Positions 56,947 through 64,000 of a stretch of 64,000 nucleotides of DNA are shown here, piece by piece. Position 1 is the first letter of the stretch. Each line of letters begins with the position of its first letter. The notes beneath the pieces are model-generated. The model had not been told where the DNA came from. It was given only the letters and a program-made list of their open reading frames with translations, and did no database searches. The DNA is from an uncultured Campylobacterales bacterium (GTDB lineage: Bacteria > Campylobacterota > Campylobacteria > Campylobacterales > QNZT01), in contig CAYUEN010000003.1 of the NCBI GenBank assembly GCA_964443745.1, positions 10,918-74,917 of the forward strand. The letters run 5' to 3'. The position numbers were made by a program, and so were the translations under genes.

Positions 56947-58680
56947 TTACAGGCCGCTTGGTTGCCCCATCCTGAGAGGTCCACCTCTTGCACCGCTCCA
57001 GAGTATACAGTTGTTCGCCGAATCGGGTACGCTGAAGATATCCACGCCGTGGTCGAAAGTCTGTACGAAAATCTCCAGATCGCCGTCTCCATCGAGATCT
57101 CCCACCGCGGGTGCGGCGGGCGCACCATTGCCGTTGCCGTTGTGTCCGGGATCGGGGAGCGGAATATCGTACAACAAAGATCCGTCCGCGCCGAGAATCA
57201 CCAGATAGCCCGAATCCTCCGTATCGGGAGAGCCGTAGGTGGCAAAAAGCACCTCGGGGGAGCCGTCCTGATTGAGGTCCGCGACGGTTGCCTCCGAAGC
57301 GTACATCACCGATTTCCCATGCATATAGTTGTATCTCCACAACTCCCGTGCATCACTACCGAAAGCATGCATGAAGCCGTCGTTGAGCGAGACGACGATC
57401 TCCGGTCGGCTGTCTCCCTGGATATCGACCGTTACGGGAGCCGGAATACCGTTGGGCGGATACCACCCCGCCACTTTGACGGGCGTACCGCCTCTGGGCA
57501 ACTCCTCCCATCCGCTTTTTCGCATCGCGGAGCGCTCCGCGTTCCCGTAGGCTCCCTCCAGCACCATTATCGCATACGCCACCGTGTCGTACGGTACACC
57601 TTTTTCGACGTTCGGGACGCCGATCACTTCGTTTTTCCCGTCTCCATCCAAATCGGCGATATTGGGAGGAGAGGCGGTCCACTGCAACCACTCCTGGTTT
57701 TTGGGATGGGGCCATGATCCGGTATGCAGATGGTAGTGTGCCTCTTCCACCGCAGGATCGGCCCACCGTATGAATTGCCCCCAGGTCATAGGATTGTCCA
57801 GATATTCGTGGGAGGGGTTGGAGAACCACGGGGAGGCGTCTATCGCTTCGCCGTCAAGATCGAACGCCTGAATATGGTGGTTGTCGTAGGTGACGATGAT
57901 TTCCATTTCGCTGTCGTCGTCGATATTGCCGATGCCCACATTAAGACCGTAGCAGCCGTATCCATGATGTCCCGCTCCGTTTCGGTCCGCGTCTCCGCCG
58001 GGGCCCGTGCGGTTGTTGTATCTTGGCCAGGCGGGAAAATTCACGCCGGCCGGTTGGTAGCTTCGGCCGTTTGCGTCGAAGACAAATACCTGGGCACCGC
58101 CGTTTTCCGTGCTTTCGGTCTGGGTGGTGGTCGCGACGACTTCGATGGTACCGTCGCCGTCCAGATCGGCGGCCGCTAGCCCTCTTATTTCCGGCGGATT
58201 TCCCGCGGTGGTGGTGTCGGCGGGCCATCCGCTTTTGAGGTGGAGTTTTTTGTTTCTATATTCGTAGGCGTAGACTTCGTTTGCGTTGCCATAGACGATT
58301 TCGGTGATGCCGTCCCCTTCCAGATCCACCACGATATGGGGTGCGTAGATTCTCCCCTTTCCCCCTTCGGCTTTGTCGAGAAGCTCTCCGTTGCGGTCAT
58401 ACACGAAGAGAGAGTAACAGGCGACTATCAGTTCGTTGGAGCCGTCATGATCCAAATCGGCGACGATTGGCGAGGCGAACCACCCTGTTTCGGTTCGGAG
58501 ATTTTTCCAAAAGAGCGGCCGCGACACTTCCGCTTTGCTCGCTCCCGCCTTGCAGACGGGATTTCGTTCGCCGCCGGTGGCGTTTCCGCCCTGCGTTGGA
58601 ACCGAAGGGCCGCTTTCACCGCCACATCCTACGACTGCGATCGCACAGAGTGCGAATATGTAATCTTTACAGACACTCAT
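56947..58680 (-). CDS. FG-GAP/VCBS repeat beta-propeller lipoprotein
   Basis: Lipobox VVGC; about 8 DLDGDG-type repeats (ADLDHDGSNE, DLEGDG, DLDGDG, NIDDD, DIQGD, DLNQDG). Confidence 0.9.
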   Translation of the reverse strand: MSVCKDYIFALCAIAVVGCGGESGPSVPTQGGNATGGERNPVCKAGASKAEVSRPLFWKNLRTETGWFASPIVADLDHDGSNELIVACYSLFVYDRNGELLDKAEGGKGRIYAPHIVVDLEGDGITEIVYGNANEVYAYEYRNKKLHLKSGWPADTTTAGNPPEIRGLAAADLDGDGTIEVVATTTQTESTENGGAQVFVFDANGRSYQPAGVNFPAWPRYNNRTGPGGDADRNGAGHHGYGCYGLNVGIGNIDDDSEMEIIVTYDNHHIQAFDLDGEAIDASPWFSNPSHEYLDNPMTWGQFIRWADPAVEEAHYHLHTGSWPHPKNQEWLQWTASPPNIADLDGDGKNEVIGVPNVEKGVPYDTVAYAIMVLEGAYGNAERSAMRKSGWEELPRGGTPVKVAGWYPPNGIPAPVTVDIQGDSRPEIVVSLNDGFMHAFGSDARELWRYNYMHGKSVMYASEATVADLNQDGSPEVLFATYGSPDTEDSGYLVILGADGSLLYDIPLPDPGHNGNGNGAPAAPAVGDLDGDGDLEIFVQTFDHGVDIFSVPDSANNCILWSGARGGPLRMGQPSGL

Positions 58681-58756
58681 CGTATCCTCCTTGGGAAGAG
58701 TTTACTACAGGAGATTAAATCGAAAGTAACATAAGTGTTTATGGTATCATGGCTTT

Positions 58757-59227
58757 ATGGCGATAGAGATCGAAAGAAAGTTTTTGGTAAAAGAGGAAAG
58801 CTGGCCGAAAAAGAACCCCGTTTTGTATATGCAGGGGTATCTGAGTCTCGATACCGAGCGTGTCGTTCGGGTGCGTGTGGCGGACGATCGTGGATATTTG
58901 ACGATCAAAGGTAAAAACGAAGGTGTCGCCAGGCTCGAATTCGAATACGAAATTCCCGTGGAAGATGCGAAGGAGATACTCGAAAAACTCGCTATTCGCC
59001 CTATCATCGTCAAATACCGTTATCGTATCGAATATGCAGGATTCGTCTGGGAAGTGGATCGGTTTCTCGGCGAAAACGAAGGGTTGGTGATCGCGGAGGT
59101 GGAGCTGAAAGAAAAAAACCGACACCCCCCGCTTCCTCCCTGGGTCGGCGCGGAGGTGACGGGAGATCCGCGTTATTACAACGCCAATCTCGTCCTACAC
59201 CCCTACAAGATGTGGGGGAAAGGGTAG
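58757..59227 (+). CDS. CYTH domain protein (triphosphate tunnel metalloenzyme)
   Basis: EIERKF, RVR, LTIKG, EFEY, AEVE, EVTGD.RY.N. Confidence 0.92.
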   Translation: MAIEIERKFLVKEESWPKKNPVLYMQGYLSLDTERVVRVRVADDRGYLTIKGKNEGVARLEFEYEIPVEDAKEILEKLAIRPIIVKYRYRIEYAGFVWEVDRFLGENEGLVIAEVELKEKNRHPPLPPWVGAEVTGDPRYYNANLVLHPYKMWGKG

Positions 59228-59228
59228 T

Positions 59229-59960
59229 CTATTTACCGCCGCCGAACATCTCGCCGAGACTTTTCATCATCTGTTCCAACTGCTCTTGATCGATTTTCGG
59301 CATCTGAGGAGGCGGTGTATCCTCGGGCATTCCTGATTCGCGCATCTCTTCTCGGATCATCTGATCCATCGTACGTATCGGATAGTCGGGCAGTTTGAAA
59401 GCGCTCTCGGGAATGGAAACGTTGAATTTCGCCTTGGTGGCGATCTGTGTGTGCTTGAAGCCCATCATCGTCGTTTCGATTTTCAAAGGAACGCCTTTGT
59501 AGAGCCATACTTTGCCCGCTTTCGATTCCCAAATCTCGCAGGGGTATCCGAGTACGCTCCCTTTTCCGACGACTTTGCCTCCCATCTTTTGCATCATCTC
59601 TTTTCCGAACTGTTGCAAGTCCTTCTTTCCTTTCAGGTATTCGGGCGTCATCTTGATGATCCGCTTATCGTCGAAATCGACCGTATAGATCGTTCCGCCT
59701 ACGAATTTGGTGAGATTGCGGCTTTTTGTCGTACGTCCCATCGTTGTCGTCGTGGTGGTTTCGTCGTGCAACTCCTCGTTTCCGTAGGATTTGAAAATCA
59801 CCTTGGAGTGGCCTTCCAGGGTCGATTTGATTCCCATCATCGTACCCCCACCGCCTATCGAATACTCCACGATACCCGATTTGATATCGTACCGTTTTAC
59901 CCCTGCCCAAAGCGTTGTGCCGAGCAATACCAGTGAAACTATGATTCTGAAATATCTCAT
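59229..59960 (-). CDS. Exported hypothetical protein (DUF4412/LolA-like)
   Basis: Signal peptide, AGGAG RBS, LGYPCEIW, F.LP motif, Met/Pro-rich tail. Confidence 0.7.
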   Translation of the reverse strand: MRYFRIIVSLVLLGTTLWAGVKRYDIKSGIVEYSIGGGGTMMGIKSTLEGHSKVIFKSYGNEELHDETTTTTTMGRTTKSRNLTKFVGGTIYTVDFDDKRIIKMTPEYLKGKKDLQQFGKEMMQKMGGKVVGKGSVLGYPCEIWESKAGKVWLYKGVPLKIETTMMGFKHTQIATKAKFNVSIPESAFKLPDYPIRTMDQMIREEMRESGMPEDTPPPQMPKIDQEQLEQMMKSLGEMFGGGK

Positions 59961-60053
59961 AAACGACTCCTTTTGAAAAATTATATCTCAAATTTAAAAA
60001 TATGTAAAGATATCGATATGGTAAAATGGAGCAAAAAGGAAAAAAGGCTTCCC

Positions 60054-60689
60054 ATGATTACCGAAAGTACCCATCCGCTTGTGAGTTCATTGGTCAACGG
60101 CCTGCGCGATACGCGTATAGATGCGCTTCGGTTTCGCCATATGGTGGCACAGATCACGTCGCTGCTTATCTACGAAGCCTTTACGAATATGCCTACCCTC
60201 ACGCGAAAAATCGATACCTGGCAGGGGAGACGGGCTTTCGATTTTTTGGACGAAGAGGCGTTTGTCTTTGTGACGATTTTGCGCGCGGGACTGCCGATGC
60301 TGGAGGGAGCGAACCGTCTCTTTCCCGATGTGGGTAGCGGATTTTTGGCGATGAAACGTGACGAACACACCAAAAAAAGTCGTCTCTATTACGACAGAGT
60401 ACCTTCTTGTGAAGGGAAAATCGTCGTTTTGTTGGATGTCATGGTCGCTACCGGTGGTTCTCTTTCGGATGCGATAGATCTGCTAAAGAGTAAAAAACCC
60501 GCATCCGTTATGAGCTTGAATATTATCGGAGCTCCTGAAGGGTTGGCGCGGGTTGAACGTCGGCATCCCGACGTCGCGATCCATATCGCCCGGATAGACG
60601 AACGGCTCAATGCCGACAAATTCATCCTGCCGGGACTCGGAGACGCAGGTGACCGCAGCTACAATACACTCAAAGAGGAGGAGTCGTGA
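60054..60689 (+). CDS. upp: Uracil phosphoribosyltransferase
   Basis: HPL, ILRAG, RDE, DVMVATGGS, PGLGDAGDR; start ATG 60054. Confidence 0.95.
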   Translation: MITESTHPLVSSLVNGLRDTRIDALRFRHMVAQITSLLIYEAFTNMPTLTRKIDTWQGRRAFDFLDEEAFVFVTILRAGLPMLEGANRLFPDVGSGFLAMKRDEHTKKSRLYYDRVPSCEGKIVVLLDVMVATGGSLSDAIDLLKSKKPASVMSLNIIGAPEGLARVERRHPDVAIHIARIDERLNADKFILPGLGDAGDRSYNTLKEEES

Positions 60690-61309
60690 TGTTTCGAGAC
60701 AGAAAAGATGCCGGAAAACGGCTGGGAGAGGCGCTATCGGGATACCGAAACCAAAATCCTCTGGTGTTGGCGATTCCCCGCGGCGGTGTCGAAGTGGGGT
60801 ATGAAGTGGCAAAAGCGTTGCAAGCCGATTTCGATCTGCTGATCTGCCGCAAACTCCCCTATCCGGACAATCCCGAAAGCGGTTTCGGCGCGATTGCGGA
60901 GGATGGGACCCTCTTTATCAATGAAGCGGCGGCGGCCTATCTGAGCGAAGGAACGATTTTGCGGATCATCGAAGAGCAAAAACGGGAAATAGAGCGTCGA
61001 ATTGAGCGACTCAGGGGAGGTAGACCGATTACGCCCGTCGAAGGGCGGACGGTGATTTTGGTGGATGACGGTATCGCGATGGGATCGACGATGACCGCCG
61101 CCCTGCGAATGTGTCGCAAACGGGGTGCAAAGCGTATCGTCGTCGCCGCGCCGGTGGCGGGTGCGCGTACGATCGCCTACTTTTCGCAGGTCGCCGACGA
61201 TGTGGTCGTCCTAGAATCTCCTCCCGACTTTTATGCGGTCGCACAAGTATACGAAAAGTGGTACGACGTCAGTGACGAGGAGGTATTGGAGATTTTGGGT
61301 CGGAGTTGA
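60686..61309 (+). CDS. Phosphoribosyltransferase-family protein
   Basis: FRDRKDAG..L, PRGG, RKL, VDDGIAMGST. Confidence 0.9.
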   Translation: MMFRDRKDAGKRLGEALSGYRNQNPLVLAIPRGGVEVGYEVAKALQADFDLLICRKLPYPDNPESGFGAIAEDGTLFINEAAAAYLSEGTILRIIEEQKREIERRIERLRGGRPITPVEGRTVILVDDGIAMGSTMTAALRMCRKRGAKRIVVAAPVAGARTIAYFSQVADDVVVLESPPDFYAVAQVYEKWYDVSDEEVLEILGRS

Positions 61310-62380
61310 TCACTCCCCACAAAGTTCCCGTAGCGGATTGCGGGGATCGTCACACACATAATCGTATCGTTCGGGCGGTAGGAGTGCAACAGGATGTGAA
61401 GTGGAGAGTTGGGCGGGCAATAGAGGGTGGGTGGAAAGTGTGTCGGATATGCCGAAAAGTTGATTTTCGGCTTCGGTATTTTCTTTGAAAACAGCATCCA
61501 TCACCATCCCCAGTGGAAGAAATATCGCATAATCGTCGAGTGCGTCGTAACTTGTTTTCGAACTGGCCGGTGTGCCATGATTGGCATAGTAGTGGTAGCC
61601 GTCGATCGTGGCTGATCGTGCAGTGAGGTAGCGTTTGTAACGTTCTGGAATCGGCAGGTGGACAAAAAGGCTGATCGGTATCCTGGGATCGGTCGAAAAA
61701 TCCTCTTCGAACTGAGAGATGATCAATCGGGTATTGGCGGGAAAATCGGCCAGATCCGAAGGTTGCATATCAAAAGCGATCCATGGAGCCATAGCGTATA
61801 GAAATTTTCCGTTCGATCCCCACCCTTTTTCGGACACCACTTTCTGCAACAGATGGAAAATCGCTCCGCCTCCGTAGGAGTGGCCGGCGAAAGCTATGCG
61901 GGAAGTATCGATTGTGTCGTTTGAATACGAAACGGCATAGATAAATGCATTGTACAGATCGTCTGTATTATAGGAGTCGATCGAATGGGGTGCATAGATC
62001 GCGATCGTTCCTTTCGCGGCGACAAAACGCAGAAGCATTTCGTATGAAGTACTTTTCGTATCTCCCCACCCCGGTGCGAAAAAGAGTACCGGTCGGGGCG
62101 AAGAGATATCGGATGGTATGTAGATATCGATCGAAGTGCCCGGAAAATAGGGATTGGAGAGCTTTTCGACTTTTACAGTGGAGGGGTCGAACGCGGCATA
62201 CCCCGAAACGGCACGGGGAATGGGGCCGTTATGGGGTGGCTGGGCAGGAGCGGGAGCAGGTGCAGGCGCAGGAGAATTTCTTTCCGGGGGAGTGGGGTTT
62301 TTCGAAAGGGGAGGGGTGGCATCCGAACAGGCGAAAAGGATAAACGAAATCAAAGATATGGCCAATCCGAAAGCTCTCAT
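61310..62380 (-). CDS. Alpha/beta hydrolase lipoprotein (cutinase/chlorophyllase-like)
   Basis: Lipobox LFAC, Pro-Ala linker, APGW, GHSYGGG, MAPW, candidate Asp (EEDF) and His (NHG). Confidence 0.82.
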   Translation of the reverse strand: MRAFGLAISLISFILFACSDATPPLSKNPTPPERNSPAPAPAPAPAQPPHNGPIPRAVSGYAAFDPSTVKVEKLSNPYFPGTSIDIYIPSDISSPRPVLFFAPGWGDTKSTSYEMLLRFVAAKGTIAIYAPHSIDSYNTDDLYNAFIYAVSYSNDTIDTSRIAFAGHSYGGGAIFHLLQKVVSEKGWGSNGKFLYAMAPWIAFDMQPSDLADFPANTRLIISQFEEDFSTDPRIPISLFVHLPIPERYKRYLTARSATIDGYHYYANHGTPASSKTSYDALDDYAIFLPLGMVMDAVFKENTEAENQLFGISDTLSTHPLLPAQLSTSHPVALLPPERYDYVCDDPRNPLRELCGE

Positions 62381-63894
62381 GTGCGCAGTACCTGTCTTTT
62401 GTTGTGGCGGGAGAGTTTTTGGGGGCGCAGATCGGGAATTTTCGTGGCGTATTGGCGTAAAAATCCGGGGATCGAGCGTCCTTTCACCCGCATGATGTCT
62501 TCTATGATAGTATCGGCCACTTTACGCTTGTCATAACCCCTTCTGGTCGTCAGATATTCGAAGATCAACTGCGACATTCGCCCCATCGAAATCTGCCATG
62601 TCGAAGCGGTCTGCGTGAAGATCCACCCGCTGAAATCGAAAAAACCGCCGAACACATCTTCACCGTCGAACAAAAAGTCGGCCGTTTGGCGGAAATTGCC
62701 GCTGTTGTAGACGATATCCCAGTATCTGGCGAACCGCTTCATCTTCTGGATCGTATCGAAAGAGAGCAGATCGTTTTTGAGAATATCGTAGGGGGGAATA
62801 TCGCTGTAGACCATTCCGAAGGTTTCATCGTGGCGGTGAAGCGTGGTGCCGGAGAGCTTTTTGAGAATGCCGATCTGAATCTCCGCATCGGTCAGTTTCT
62901 TAAGGGTGTTGAGGTTGTCCGCGAAGCTTTCCAGCGATTCGCCCGGCAATCCCACGATCAGATCCAGATGGAGGTGTGCATGCGTGTGCCGATCCAAAAA
63001 GGCGATATTTTCCTTCACCTTCCGCAGATCCATCCGACGGCGGATATTGGCCAAAATTTCCGGATTGAGTGTCTGTATGCCGATCTCCAGTTGCAACGTT
63101 GCGGGGCCGAAGGATCCGATACGCTCCCGCAGCGCTTCGGGAAAGCGGTCGGGCACCACTTCGAAATGGAGTTCGACCGGTTCGGTCTTGGAGAGGAAAA
63201 AATCGATCAGATCGAGAGCGTAGCGAATATGGAGATTGAAGGTGCGGTCGATGAATTTGAAACTGCGCGCCCCTCTGCGCCAGAGCGTCTCGAACGCTTC
63301 CAGCAGCCGCTTCGTGTCGAACGTCCGCACCCGCTCATCGATCGCCGAGAGACAGAATTCGCATGTAAAGGGGCAGCCGCGCGAAGCCTCCACATAGATA
63401 TGGCGATGGGCGATATCATGGTCGCTATATTCGTCGTAGGGGAGTGCGAGTTCTTTGAGGTCGGGGGTGACGGGGCTTATGATGCGCTCTTTGATTTTCC
63501 GCCCTTCGAGCAGATCCCGGCAGAGTCGGTAGAAAACGATCTCGCCCTCGCCCGGAACGATATGGTCTGCGGCCGAAAAGTCGACCCGATAGGGGGGATG
63601 ACTCGCTTCCGGTCCGCCCAATACGATCGTCGTTTCGGGAGAGATCTTTTTGAGTATACCGATCAGGTCGCGCACGTCGGTCGCGTTCCAGATGTAGGTG
63701 CCGATTCCGACGATTTTGGGAGCGTGACTCAGTATCGTTTCGGCGATGTTACGAGGATTTTCGCCGATGACGAACTCTTCGATCACCGAACGCTCCCGAA
63801 GCTCTTTTAGATTGGCCCGCAAAGAGCGCAATCCGAACGAGCTGTGGGAGTAGCGGGAGTTGATTCCCGCAAGGACGATCTCTTTTTTGTTCAT
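62377..63894 (-). CDS. B12-binding radical SAM protein (DUF4080-type)
   Basis: YIWN, LGGPE, GEGE, EASRGCPFTCEFC, DRTFN, DLIVGLP. Confidence 0.92.
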   Translation of the reverse strand: MNKKEIVLAGINSRYSHSSFGLRSLRANLKELRERSVIEEFVIGENPRNIAETILSHAPKIVGIGTYIWNATDVRDLIGILKKISPETTIVLGGPEASHPPYRVDFSAADHIVPGEGEIVFYRLCRDLLEGRKIKERIISPVTPDLKELALPYDEYSDHDIAHRHIYVEASRGCPFTCEFCLSAIDERVRTFDTKRLLEAFETLWRRGARSFKFIDRTFNLHIRYALDLIDFFLSKTEPVELHFEVVPDRFPEALRERIGSFGPATLQLEIGIQTLNPEILANIRRRMDLRKVKENIAFLDRHTHAHLHLDLIVGLPGESLESFADNLNTLKKLTDAEIQIGILKKLSGTTLHRHDETFGMVYSDIPPYDILKNDLLSFDTIQKMKRFARYWDIVYNSGNFRQTADFLFDGEDVFGGFFDFSGWIFTQTASTWQISMGRMSQLIFEYLTTRRGYDKRKVADTIIEDIMRVKGRSIPGFLRQYATKIPDLRPQKLSRHNKRQVLRT

Positions 63895-63918
63895 GACCGA
63901 AGCATAGCGTATTTAGCC

Positions 63919-64000
63919 TCAAACGAACGCCGCGCTCATATATCCCACCACCTGGGATTCGTCTCCGCTCGCGTCCGCGCTCGTGCGATAATCCAACAAC
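63919..64000 (-). CDS. 3' end of a MEMO1-family (AmmeMemoRadiSam protein B) gene, partial
   Basis: Manual translation LLDYRTSADASGDESQVVGYMSAAFV*, matching the YxTS.D...VVGY C-terminus of MEMO proteins. Confidence 0.75.
   Translation of the reverse strand, partial: LLDYRTSADASGDESQVVGYMSAAFV

Noticed and set aside
383-63810. Many long antisense or overlapping ORFs in the track (e.g. 383..1606, 9104..11155, 36586..38283, 45748..47034, 49146..50468)
   Set aside because: They are shadows of well-supported genes with biased codon usage and carry no recognisable motifs
56822-64000. Integrative element or prophage at tRNA-Ser
   Set aside because: No integrase, no duplicated tRNA 3' end and no phage genes in the window
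1-64000. CRISPR array, riboswitch or rRNA
   Set aside because: No regularly spaced repeats or recognisable conserved RNA motifs seen by eye; an Rfam scan would be needed to exclude small RNAs

Overview
A 64 kb stretch of bacterial chromosome, mostly housekeeping genes. Gene content and order (bcp-queH-fabZ-lpxA-clpX-mreB-mreC-carB, ksgA-rnj-kdsD, purB-nrdA, ciaB, dimeric dUTPase, free-standing ccoG) point to Campylobacterota. The roughly balanced GC suggests a free-living Hydrogenimonas/Nitratiruptor/Sulfurovum-like organism; this is inference only. About 64 CDSs and one tRNA-Ser(GCT) are supported. No CRISPR array, prophage or intact transposase was seen. The most notable observations are: (1) a serine-recombinase homologue that has lost its catalytic residues but keeps its HTH, lies 3 bp from ccoG, and sits behind a sigma70 promoter overlapped by a perfect 13-bp inverted repeat, suggesting a domesticated regulator; (2) three dispersed c-di-GMP genes (PAS-GGDEF-EAL, Cache-GGDEF, degenerate-GGDEF/PilZ), each preceded by a sigma28-type promoter; (3) two perfect parS palindromes inside coding sequences, implying origin proximity; (4) an orphan DNA methyltransferase between coaE and dapF; (5) an ArfA/ArfC-like OmpA plus coiled-coil pair; (6) several accessory lipoproteins, including a cutinase/PETase-like hydrolase. 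All calls rest on motif recognition by eye; no searches were run.
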